DNA of 51,689 nt, filler included, from Catajapyx aquilonaris (Eukaryota): the NCBI GenBank assembly GCA_000934665.2. It is 3 parts of 3 records of this genome, joined end to end, with 100 filler letters (N's around TTAATTAATTAA, not from the genome) between each part and the next. Parts side by side here need not be neighbours in the genome. Positions count along the whole stretch, not along the records: positions 17,246 to 34,408 come from JYFJ02007018.1; positions 34,509 to 51,689 come from KZ539628.1; 1 more part is not named here. One strand, given 5' to 3'. Shown in pieces: positions 24,963 through 35,434 of this stretch. Made by a program: the position numbers and the translations under genes. Within the stretch, counting starts at the first letter, position 1. Each line of letters opens with the position of its first letter. The notes under the pieces are model-generated. The model saw only the letters and a list, made by a program, of their open reading frames with translations. It had not been told where the DNA came from and searched no databases.

Positions 24963-25274
24963 CACTGTACTCCCGATTATATATCCGGGTGCGGATTATC
25001 CGTGTATCGCCAAATAATGAAATTAAAATTAAAGTACCAAAAAATTCCACCCAGTAGTCAATATGTCTCGCCAACGAAGAATATAACAGACTTTGTCCAG
25101 AAGACAAAGTCAAAATCAATGGTAAGTTTTATTAGTTTCATTCAACCAAGCAGCATACTCTCTATATAGTCTATAGTAAAGTAGAGTAGTACATTAATAA
25201 CCTGCGAACAGGTCATTTTTGACGCTCCGGCGAGACTCGTGCAGCCATTAGCCTGGATAATCGGGAGTGAAGTG
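24963..25274. mobile_element. Tigger/pogo-like MITE
   Basis: TA|CACTGTACTCCCGATTAT ... ATAATCGGGAGTGAAGTG|TA: an imperfect TIR with TA flanks. Confidence 0.6.
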
Positions 25275-27165
25275 TATAGTAACTATCATGTTGGGCGCGC
25301 ATCCGCAGAATCCCGGGAGCTTTTTCTTTTACACTACTGCTTTTTTTCTTCTTTTTTTGGCAAGACCCCAGCTGCACGTGTGCCAGCGGTGTTGATCATA
25401 ATATTCTCAGGAGGAGGAAAAACTCGTGCGAAGTGTCTCTAAGGGTCATGGTCATGACCCTGGTATGACCAGCAGGCAATATGTACTTGATCATGTGCCA
25501 GCTCCTCGCCCTCTTCCCCTCCACCCCCGTATACGACAAGACTAGAAACTTTGGCGCCTGACCAGCTGATCTTCTCCAAGGACTTTCACTTCATTCTTCC
25601 AAAAGATTTTCTTTGCCAGTTTTTTCCCAGCCCCCCCCCCCTCTTCTGCCCCCTCTTCCTCTCCTGCTGGGGGGAGTAATTACCTGCGTGGCATTATGTT
25701 GATATAATGCATGTGCAATATGCGCCTACAGATAACTTCGAAGCTGAGATATTGGCTAACTGCAAATGAGGGCCAAGAAGAGAAAAGGACAAGTCTAATG
25801 ATGAGTGCGCTTCTCTCACGTCAGCAGCAGCGGCAAGTGCAAGTAAGCAAGCAAGCAAGCAAGCAAGCAATAAGGAGCCTTGCTCGCATCGGCAGCAGCA
25901 GCAGGTAGAGACCACGCAAAAAGGAAGGGAAGATTTTCAATGTCGAATTCGGAATCATGCTGCTAAAGGTGACGGCCTTGGCAACTTGCGTCTGAGAACA
26001 TACTCGTGACGCTCAAAGCAACAACTGGCCAATAACTTACTCACTCTTTCACACCAATGTGCAATTCTGTTCGTCTCGGCGAAAAGCCTGCAGAGCACGT
26101 CATACTCATGATTAGAGAACGGATTTCTAGGTTTTTACCTACTTTTTCTTTTGTAGGCAGAACACCGGAAACAAAATATCTATCCGTTTCATAACACAAG
26201 GACCTCAAAAATCGTATAGCTTTATAGAACCTAAAATTGCCTATTTCGGACGTTGGGACCTAAATGGCCTATTAGCGCCTATTGTGCACCTATTTCGACC
26301 ATTTTGACACCGTTTTCTAAGATTTTCGAGAGTTCTGCGGGTTTTCCGTTCAATTCATCCCTATACCGCTTCAACCTGTGACGAGCGGATCAACACCAGT
26401 ACCTGCTGTGCCCACCAACCCTTATGTTGACTATGTTGCCGAACCTACCGATGTTGACTCTGACAATGACTCCGTGGCCGCCAACACGAACATATCTGAT
26501 CACTATGGGGACGGCGCGGCGATCACATCGCCGAAGACAAACAAGGTCTGACGGGCGAGGAGTTTCTATCACCGGATGGTAGAACACCCATCCACGATTT
26601 CCTCCCCGCCTTGGCTCGGATTCGAAATATGGGCAAGTCGGAGGAGGCGTGGTGCCGATTCGAGGAAATCCTGGAGCAGTTGACGGCGGGCGGTGGCTCG
26701 TGAGTAGTTCGCATCCCGCAACCATCTGGGGATGCTGGCACTAAAAAGAAGACCATTGACCCTTTTTAATGCAAATATTTGTTCGAGGAAATTTGCCATA
26801 TTTTGATATTTTACTTTAGTACGTGCACATAAAAAAATCTGCAGATGAATTGGCTCAACATCTGCTATTGCCAATGCTCAGTTCTGTTGATTTAGTTTGT
26901 CTGTGAGAAAAATATCTGATGTCTGAATCACTTTTATACACGCACGGAGCATTTACAAGTTATCAATGAAGAATGTGTTATATAGGCCATAAAATCTTAA
27001 CAACTAAACATAACTAATTAAATATTGTTTGAGGATATTCTTAAAGTATCTTCAACATGTGCCTTGATACGTTCAGTATCAACATATATTTTTTTCAGTA
27101 AGGTCTCGCCTTAAGGAATTTATGCAGGAAAACCCAATAGGGGTGCGACCTGGGTGCGACTTTCT

Positions 27166-27239
<74 letters not shown>

Positions 27240-27246
27240 TAATAAT
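27166..27246 (+). repeat. (TAA)n microsatellite, possibly a retroposon tail
   Basis: An almost pure TAA run; it explains the poly-I and poly-Y ORFs in the track. Confidence 0.95.
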
Positions 27247-27739
27247 AGATATTGTCATTCGCGACATTTCCGTCAAAACAATCGTATATTGTATAAAAAT
27301 AGCAAGATATTTTCATATTGAAAGCTGCTATTTTGCTTCAGAAAGCCATTTAACTTACACTAATTCGTCAGATATTAGTCTAAGTGGAATTTACAATTTA
27401 AAAATATATATTCAGTCATTTCGATTCATCCTGCCACCCCCAACCCTCTCCAGCCTCCCTTGATCTCCATTCTCTTCATTAAAAAAACTGGTTAATTAAA
27501 CATGCGATCATAGAAAATAAAGCTTATAGCTTTTTGTAGCTGAGTGGCAAAAAAAAACATTTGACAGTTAGTATATGAATATAAACGTGGAAGATGTACA
27601 GGGCATTGATGAGATACTCTCCCCCGATCACTTGTTCGCATCCCAACCCGGATCCCAAGCTTGGGATTGGAAGCCCGACACGAGAGGGAAAAGCTCCTCA
27701 AGTTTCGAGCATATTTGCTTATTGTCTGGGAGCGCCAAG

Positions 27740-27856
27740 GAGTACCTGGGAGTACCTGGGAGTACCAAGGAGTACCAAAGAGTACCTATAAGGAGTACCG
27801 AAGAGTACCAAAGAGTACCACTGCAGGTGTACACCGGAGTACCGAAGTGAGTACCC
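27740..27856 (+). repeat. Degenerate ~10-bp minisatellite (GAGTACC core)
   Basis: GAGTACCTGG, GAGTACCAAG and GAGTACCAAA variants in tandem. Confidence 0.9.
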
Positions 27857-27894
27857 CCTTGGTACGGGGTGCTATATCCGGTCTCTATTCCGTA

Positions 27895-28543
27895 ATGGTC
27901 AACCCAAAAAAGACGGTCACTTACCATTTTTCTGGCAGGTTGGGGTGCGGCCCACCGTTTTAACACTGAATGGACTCCAATTGACTTGACTGAAAGAAGA
28001 TGAGACCACAAAGTTCCTGGGTGTCCAGGTGGGATTCCATGCGGTGCCTATCTTCAAATCTGCTTCTGGCTACATAAAGACTGGATAGGCCATCTTGAGA
28101 TCAGCCCTGGCACCGTGGCAGAGGATGGACGACGCCGTAAAAACATTCTTGTATCCAGCGATGGTATCTGCGATGAGGACCGGCCAATTGCCTATGTGGA
28201 AGAGGATAGACACGTCCCTGCGTCCTCTCCTGAAACATACCTTTTACCTTCCCTCTCGTGCATCCAAGAGTACCTCTATGGGAGCCGGAAGGCTGTTGGA
28301 TGTGGAATACCGTTGGCTGCTGACAACTCTGACATTTTCCTTGTCGATTCTTCCTACAAACTACTGACGTCACCTGATACTGGAGTTTCTGAGCTGGCAG
28401 AGGATGACCTACGCCACACTGTCAGTGCGAGGTTGGGCCGAGATGCGGAGGAGGCAGGTGTGCTGGCTTTTCTTTCTGGATGCTGTGAGGGCGAGTTCAG
28501 CAAGCGCTCCAATTCCTTTCGGAACGTCTGGACGGCAACCAGG
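27895..28543 (+). mobile_element. Frameshifted RT C-terminal fragment of an RLE-type non-LTR retrotransposon (Utopia/NeSL-like)
   Basis: Joined frames read VNPKKTVTYHFSG...KFLGVQVG...ILRSALAPWQRMD.AVKTFLYPA...MRTGQL..WKRIDTSLRPLLKHTFYLPSRA.QEYLYGSRKAVGCGIPLAA...DSSYKLLTSPD...FLSGCCEGEF...NVWTATR. The NPxK, KFLG, LAPWQR and YLYG..G.G.P motifs are characteristic. Confidence 0.85.
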
Positions 28544-28967
28544 TTTCTGAGAAATCTTTCTATTTTTGATACTATTGTTTTATAAGGGATACCAGTATTC
28601 TATTGACATAATATGTTCATTTAATACCATTTCTTTTACAATTACCCTTTGGCACGATTACTACGAGTACCATTTTTCAATGTGTTGTTTTCGCTATGAA
28701 CATAACAATGAAAATGTGTAAAAATGAAACTAAATTAGGATCAGCTTGATTTTTACTGCCTATTAAGAGCATATTTTGACTGTTTTCAGGGCCTAAATGC
28801 CTACCTATTTCAGGGTTTTTAGAACCTAAAAATCCGTTCCTTACAGTCATGATACTTGCTCTACATATCGCGATACTGTGCTTATAAAAGAGCAGGAAGT
28901 AACGTCTCTACGTCAGACAATATAAATAATGGACGCTATTTCATAAATAGACCCTAGTAATACAGCT

Positions 28968-29006
28968 GACAACAACAACAACGACGACGACGACGACGAC
29001 GACGAC

Positions 29007-29049
<43 letters not shown>
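28968..29049 (+). repeat. Compound microsatellite (AAC)n-(GAC)n-(GAT)n
   Basis: Read directly from the sequence. Confidence 0.95.
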
Positions 29050-29213
29050 GGAAGTAGGGCAAATCCGTACTGTATGGATATCTCTGTTTTCAAATGAGCC
29101 CGGCCGTAAAATTGGCATGACCTGTCTGTTGCGTCAATAGAAATGATTGTAAGAAAGGAAGGGTTTCAAGCATGGTCTCTTAGGCGAGAGAGATCATAGC
29201 ACGGATCACAGAG

Positions 29214-31085
29214 TATTTATTTATTTATTTATTTTATTTATTTATACTACCCCATTTTTGGAGCAGAGCTCGTATAGGGGGACACACCTTAGCCATCACA
29301 CAAGGACATAAATCTGCTTACATGGCAAAAAAATTGAGAATATCAAAAATAAACTGTTCAGTTGGTTCTGCAAACAACAAGTACATCTGATTTGGAGGGC
29401 AACGTGTAACATCTTCCAAATAGTTCGTACGAGGGGTGTGAAAAATGGGGCATTCAAAGAACAAATGATGGTAGGTAAAGGGGCGGATTCTCGTGGACTC
29501 CTGTAAGTCTGCGGGCCCGCAGGAGATGCGGGCCCGCAAGTCCGTCCAAGATGGCGACGGATGCGGGACCCCGAAAAAGTGGAATAAATGTGGTAGCCTG
29601 TAAGTCCTTACAAGAAAGAATTGAAAGTAGGGGGGAGATACGGGGGTTCTTGGAGCTCCGCCCACCGGAAACTGACAGGAGCCAATGGGCGCAGAGGAAG
29701 AGGGTGCATTCCCACCGCCGTACAATGGACAGCGACGGGATTAAACGCTATTGAGAAAAGAACAGCGAGAACTCGGCCCATTCGAATTCGGGTTTTTTAC
29801 TATGATTTAGGTAGGGAGTTCGGGCAAACGTCGCGAGAGTGTGCAGAAGGCAATCGAGTCTAAGGTCAAGGACCTTATCGAATCTGGGACATTCGAATCT
29901 GGAGTGTCTGCTGCTAGCGAGGTGAGAGCGAAGACGATGCCGGGGAAGAAGTCTGCCCCGGGTTCCGCCCGCGCCCCTCGCCGGCCGAACTGGGATGACC
30001 GTGAAAAAGAGGCCATTGTGGCCCGCATGGAAGGCACTCCAGGACTCGTGGAAGGGCCCCTGGGCCGTGTTTATCCGTGTTCGATCCCCGCCTTACGGAC
30101 ACACAGCTGCTGTCGGGGAAGCGGCCATTTTTGAGGGCGACAGGTGACTTACAGGCACACTTACAGGTGCTCCCACCCACCCGTATCTTTGCGGGCCTTT
30201 CCTTCCCGCAACCCTTGCGGGAGCGCGACACGATAATTCCACTTCGGGAGTTTTTTTAGTTGCCGGGGCGATACGGGCGTTTGCGACTTGCACCAGCTTG
30301 AGCTGCCTCCCGTAAAGTCCACGAGAATCCGCCCCAAAGTCTAAACCCAAATTGCACCAATCACACACCTGCTCAGGGGGAAACGCAATTTTATGACCTA
30401 CCACATGAACAGACCTGGAATTGTTTTTCAGGTTGAGCCAGAGCCTTAAATGGGGTAGGGGAAGATTGAACAAAAAATAGTTTTCCATCATTGGCAAATC
30501 CTTACAAGTTGACCCATATCTCGACGAAGCATGCAGTCTCGCTTGATCATCGTCGTGATAAACAAGTGACATAAGATCTTGAGCACGACCCAGGTCGATC
30601 GTATCCAAGTCATCCGTTGTGAACCCATAAATTGCAATTTTTTGAAGAAACATGGAATACCAGTTTAACTGCGGGTATCTATTGCTGGCGTGTGCCTGCA
30701 CAAAATAATCTAAAGCCTGGGTGCATAAAACTACTTGTGGCCTGTTCTTTAATTTTGATCACAGTCACAGAGTAGGAAACTGCTTCACTAATGCTCGATT
30801 CCACCAATCCTTTTAACAGTCACTTAGGAGCTATACCGGTATGTAGATTAGCGGAGATTTAAATCATGATTGAATTGTGTTCGTCCAGCGCCAGTGTGTT
30901 AACCCAAATACGGTATGCCTGAAGATTTTGTTTAACTCGAAAATGTCAAAAAGGGGAGTTAAAAGTCCTTTTCCTAATATCTGGTTCAATTCTACCACTG
31001 CGCTTTGAAACGTTGTGAAGGATTTGAAAATAAACTCTGGCTGCACAGGTTGATCTACCTGGCCTAAAAATTTCAAGTCTCAACG
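29214..31085 (-). mobile_element. 3' portion of a degenerate LINE (post-RT domain, CCHC zinc knuckle, 3'UTR, (AAAT)n tail), interrupted at 29480-30335
   Basis: The minus strand reads LKFLG (31076) ... NWYSMFLQKIAIYGF ... ENYFLFNLP..LRLWLNLK ... VCDWCNLGLDF|TYHHLFFECPIFHTPRTNYL...FFAM* (stop 29318-29320). About 100 nt of UTR follows, ending in (AAAT)n. Confidence 0.88.
29480..30335 (+). mobile_element. PIF/Harbinger-like non-autonomous DNA transposon with a Myb/SANT-like gene fragment
   Basis: Perfect 20-bp TIR GGGGCGGATTCTCGTGGACT (29480-29499; 30316-30335) and 3-bp TSD AAA (29477-29479; 30336-30338). The internal peptide MPGKKSAPGSARAPRRPNWDDREKEAIVARME (from 29937) resembles the start of a Myb/SANT-like domain. 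Confidence 0.88.
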
Positions 31086-31099
31086 AATGAAACAGAGGG

Positions 31100-31560
31100 C
31101 TTCAAGACATCACCGCCCAGATCACCGCCAATGCAGTATTTCATGGAATAATTGTCAAAGGAATTACGAAGGAATTATCAAAATTACAGTTTTGGGAATG
31201 TTGAGTATGCTGCAAGGTAGCATTTTCTTGCTTTCCAGCAATGTCCAAGAATGTCCAAGCGGCAGTGGAGGCCCAGTTGAGGTCAGCGTTCAAGTAAACA
31301 TATTGGAGCACAAGAATCAACTGGCGCAATATAGTTTATAAATATTAATAATCATTTGCATCATGAGTTTCAGATTTCTTTACCCCTCCCGAACATGTCA
31401 GAGCCGAATCAAGAAAAGATCATCAAAATTTCTCCGAATGGAAGTTTGAAATTTGAAATAACCCTTCTGAACTCGTTTGGGCTGAAAAGATGGAAGCCTA
31501 TCCTGGCCTGGCAACCAGTGATCTGAAGTACTTAATACCCTGATTCTCCCGAATGGAAAC
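31100..31560 (-). mobile_element. Possible second heavily decayed LINE RT-thumb fragment
   Basis: Minus-strand peptides GIKYFR... and IINIYKLY/RPV..CAPI loosely match KYLG and IYK.YIRP.L.Y. There are many stops and frameshifts. Confidence 0.3.
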
Positions 31561-31661
31561 TCATGCTGATGCTGATGCGTGGTTGCCTATGTACAGGCGC
31601 TAATTGCACTTGGATCGCAGTTAGAGGCGCCCCCCAAATATTACATTTACATGGCAACGTA

Positions 31662-31952
31662 CTCTCTAAAAAAATAAGAGTTAAAAAAACTCAATAAGAG
31701 TTAAATTAACTCTTTTTAACCTTGAAAGTGGTCATTACCAAAAATGAGTTATAATAACTCTTTCGCTGGAGTTAAAACAACTCTTTTAGTTCATTTCATC
31801 CTCCGAAAGAGTTATTAATTCACTCTTTCGGAGGATGAAATGAACTAAAAGAGTTGTTTTAACTCCAGCGAAAGAGTTATTATAACTCATTTTTGGTAAT
31901 GACCACTTTCAAGGTTAAAAAGAGTTAATTTAACTCTTATTTTTTTAGAGAG
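31662..31952. mobile_element. Near-perfect palindromic MITE built from GAGTTA/TAACTC motifs
   Basis: TA|CTCTCTAAAAAAATAAGAG ... CTCTTATTTTTTTAGAGAG|TA. The arms are complementary up to a short central loop near 31813-31821, and the left arm has one extra ~20-bp unit. Confidence 0.9.
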
Positions 31953-32317
31953 TAAATGCATGATGTAATACATGTTTCATGTGCGAAATTGTCTCCTCTT
32001 TCCGACAAAAATAGCCACTTTCCGATAGCTGTACAAATTCGTGTCACAAATCGACATTTTTGAAAACAAATGACATTTTCAAAAAAGTGCCAAAGTCAAA
32101 TGTCATCGCATTGATATCAAAATACACCCAGTGCCCTCTATCAGTGATACAAACGGAATTTTGGAATACGAAATGGTTACGGAGCTATAGGTACTGACGT
32201 GGAGCGCTGCGCTAGTGGCCACGCCCGCTGAATGAAAAAGAGCGGCCCACCTAGGTCCGTCTTCATGTCTCAGGTAGTGTACGCTTGTCCTTTGTGTTTA
32301 ATTCACTTAATAATACA

Positions 32318-32760
32318 CAGTAAAACTTCTATAAGTCGAATCTCCATGGGACCGGAAAAAACTTCGAGTTATAGAAGATTCGAGTTAGAGAAGTTGGGAT
32401 TTTTTTTGAAGCACATAACTCTATAAGGAAGCCTACCTTTATATCCAGCGACGAAAGGTGTTTTGTCGCTGTTTCGTTTCAAAAAAAGCTATGTTATGGA
32501 CATTTGCCTACTCTTAGATTCGAGGATTCAATTGTCACAATCAAGTCAAACACTTCTTTCGGTACGTGTGGTAGACGGAGATGAGGAAATTGAGCCTTTC
32601 TGTACATGTGGTCTACTCTCGACCCTTCGGCTGGGAAATGAGGAAATTTTCCGTACTCGCCAACATGAACCCCGCCGCGCCGTTACGCAGAAAAATGAAT
32701 TTTTCATGACACATCTCGGAGGCCAAAACATTCCCCCTGTGAACCCTGGATAGTACAAAT
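32318..32760. mobile_element. Tigger/pogo-like terminus and decayed interior
   Basis: CAGTAAAACTTCTATAAGTCGAA followed by two TTCGAGTTA repeats is the usual pogo/Tigger-type TIR architecture. No partner TIR was found and the extent is uncertain. Confidence 0.4.
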
Positions 32761-32911
32761 CTTTGTCTTTGTAATGTTATATTTGAAACAGAAATATCAA
32801 TTTGTGTAATCATAATTAAGTGAATTGCACACCTCTGTTATCTCAGCCGTTTGTCATCCGAATTACTTCGTGAATGTATCGAAGGCAAGCCAGAAATGTG
32901 CGTGATAAAAT

Positions 32912-34140
32912 ATTATTGTAGGGACGATAGTCCCTATAAGTAAGATCCTCGTGCAAAAACAACAATGAAAATTTTCCTTGTTCTTGTTCAGACGAGTTTT
33001 TCTGTCAAGCATATCTCAAAAACCGTTGCAAGTACAGCCTTCATATTTTGAACACGTATCTGGCCCGACGTGCTGCAGTGCCCGATCCCCTACACAAAAA
33101 ACCCAAGGACGTAACAGAACCCCGAAATAAAATTATCAATGAATAATTCATTATGAGCAGCAATGCGTGCAACTGGAATCCATGTGTGACAATAGTCACA
33201 GATTATGTAGAATATTATTTTGTGAAAATATCATCTCTACACTTTATGCGGAATTACGTACGCTAACTGCTTGAATAAATATATGCTTCACCTTATTTTC
33301 ATTACATTATTATTAAATTATCACAAAAACTAATTCCCTACGGAATTGTAAAAAAAAGGAAAGTAAGATCCAAGTAACGGATAGAAATGACTGAAACAAG
33401 ACTGGGCTGCGTAAGATCTTCAACCTTATGGATAAATGTAACCCAGAGATCTTACTTCCGCATTTTCCACAGTAATTAGATTTGTATCATGGTGATGATC
33501 AAAGCGTCTTTGTCCATCAGCCATCCTAATGCTAATAAGCCAATCTGTGGACCATTAAACATTCAAGCTACTCAGTAAATCGATGAACAAATTAATTAAT
33601 TAAAGGATTATATTTATCATTTATCCTTATTAAATATAGTATATTATATGACATATTATATATTATATTATATGACATATTATATATTATATTATATGAC
33701 ATATTATATATTATATTATATATAATATTATATAATATTATTTTATTTTATCATTATATGTGAATTATTATAATGTGAAACATTTAACTTTCCAGCCACT
33801 CAGCTAATCGACGAACCAATTAATAACAATGTTTTATTTTTATCGTTTATTCTTATTATCATATTATTATTTTATTATTATTATATTATATTATTATTAT
33901 AAGCATTAAATAATCCCAAATTGCACACCTATACCTTGATGAACAAAGACGCTTTGATCATCACCATTATACAAATCTAATTATTGTGTAAAATGCGGAA
34001 GTAAGATCTCTGGGTTACATTTATCCATAAGGTTGAAGATCTTACGCAGCCCAGTCTTGTTTCAGTCATTTCTATCCGTTACTTGGATCTTACTTTCCTT
34101 TTTTTTACAATTCCGTAGGGAATTAGTTTTTGTGATAATT
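32912..34140. mobile_element. Foldback-type element: long left arm, AT-rich spacer, partial right arm
   Basis: 33316-33520 is the reverse complement of about 33938-34140 and the outer part is essentially identical. The spacer contains a tandem 24-bp ATATTATATGACATATTATATATT unit. A GTAAGATC motif recurs throughout the arm. Confidence 0.85.
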
Positions 34141-34408
34141 GCAGCTATTTTTTGACAAAGCAACCTGAACATGCAGTTTGTTTTTTTAAATTTACCCCGT
34201 GCCAGGCATCAATGGCCTATTTGGGGGGTGGCACACCACCATCAGTTTTCTCTGTCATTTTTTTCTTCAGTCACCGGTGCAAGGAGTCAAGGATGCAGGG
34301 TAGGGGTAGGTATTTTCGGGGAGGGAACATGGGGTGCAAGTGCATTGTCTACAACATGGGTCATGTGCTGTCCCCCAGGAGGTTAGGTTGCCAGACACCT
34401 CCTTGGTG

Positions 34409-34508
34409 NNNNNNNNNNNNNNNNNNNNNNNNNNNNNNNNNNNNNNNNNNNNTTAATTAATTAANNNNNNNNNNNNNNNNNNNNNNNNNNNNNNNNNNNN
34501 NNNNNNNN
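34409..34508. other. Assembly gap with artificial all-frame stop linker
   Basis: 44 N + TTAATTAATTAA (34453-34464) + 44 N. Confidence 0.97.
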
Positions 34509-34899
34509 GGGGGGGGGGGGTATCCCCCGCAGAGATTTTCAGAGGAAAAGTTTGGCCAGTTGGGATTGAACTATAAGTATGCGGATTTGTCATATGCCAA
34601 ATTATTGATATTATAATTATTTATAAGGAGTTGAGAAGTCCTCACTAGCCTGCACCTGTTTAGTTTGGGATGTCTGTACTGCTCGTAAGTGTTTTGGGTG
34701 ATCAATGACAAAAATACTTTGGCCTACTTCATAGGCACACTGTAGGGCGCACTTGTCGTCTGCACAAAGTAACCTTGCCAAATTGCTTTTCCTTAGTGGC
34801 TTGAATAATTCAAACTGGTGGACCTGCAGCGTGGGCCGTCAACTCTAATTCATTCTTATTGGGATAATAGTATCTTGTACATTACTATTTTTAAATATA

Positions 34900-35115
34900 C
34901 AGGGTGTCTCAACTTTTTTGTCCGATCAGTTATCGGAAACGGGAAAAGCCTATGTATCTTCTAGGTATGTAGCCAGAATATGCCCCAACATTCCTGGCAC
35001 ATCCCTCAACTGTTGAGGGATGTGCCAGGAATGTTGGGGCATATTCTGGCTACATAGCTAGAAGATACATAGACTTTTCCGATAACTGATCGGACAAAAA
35101 AGTTGAGACACCCTG
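34900..35115. mobile_element. Tc1/mariner-type hairpin MITE
   Basis: TA|CAGGGTGTCTCAACTTTTTTGTCCGATCAGTTATCGGAAA ... CACCCTG|TA. The whole element is a near-perfect palindrome centred on CCCTCAACTGTTGAGGG. Confidence 0.93.
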
Positions 35116-35375
35116 TATAATTGGGCCGGTATCAAAAGGTTTGACTACACATTAGGAAGTACAATCGGTCGCAAGAAGTTGTGGCCACTTTCACATGCAT
35201 GTAATGTGTGGTCACAACTTTTTGTGACCGATAGTAAGTGCTTCTGTGAAATTCAATCAGATTTGGCCTCGACGAGAATATACGCGACAAACAAGTAGAG
35301 AGGTATATAACGTAATTACATGGCAGGAAATGAGGCCAGAACATGGCATAAGTAGGCAGCAACTAATATGAAGTG

Positions 35376-35377
<2 letters not shown>

Positions 35378-35432
<55 letters not shown>
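35378..35432 (+). repeat. (CT)n microsatellite
   Basis: Pure TC run. Confidence 0.95.

Positions 35433-35434
<2 letters not shown>

Larger units (their letters stand above)
26113..28843. mobile_element. 2.7-kb non-autonomous TIR element (hAT-like) with internal retroelement fragments
   Basis: Left TAGAGAACGGATTTCTAGGTT versus right (reverse complement) TAAGGAACGGATTTTTAGGTT matches 18/21. ACCTAAA/CCTATT subterminal motifs repeat at both ends. TCATGAT is present in both flanks (TACTCATGAT / CAGTCATGAT, an imperfect TSD). Confidence 0.65.

Noticed and set aside
25690..26000. CAG/AAGC-rich stretch that could be a host 5'UTR or first exon
   Set aside because: No supportable ORF, splice pattern or homology; simple repeats explain the ORFs.
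27079..27463. ORFs with poly-Ile or poly-Tyr tracts
   Set aside because: They are translations of the (TAA)n microsatellite.
27740..27856. Regularly repeated GAGTACC units, considered as a CRISPR-like array
   Set aside because: The units are ~10 bp and contiguous, with no unique spacers and no cas genes, in a eukaryotic context.
17342..33316. 16-kb region bounded by ~400-bp inverted repeats, suggesting a Polinton/Maverick
   Set aside because: There are no polymerase, integrase, capsid or ATPase ORFs, no AG-repeat termini and no 6-bp TSD. The repeats are better explained as arms of the foldback element.
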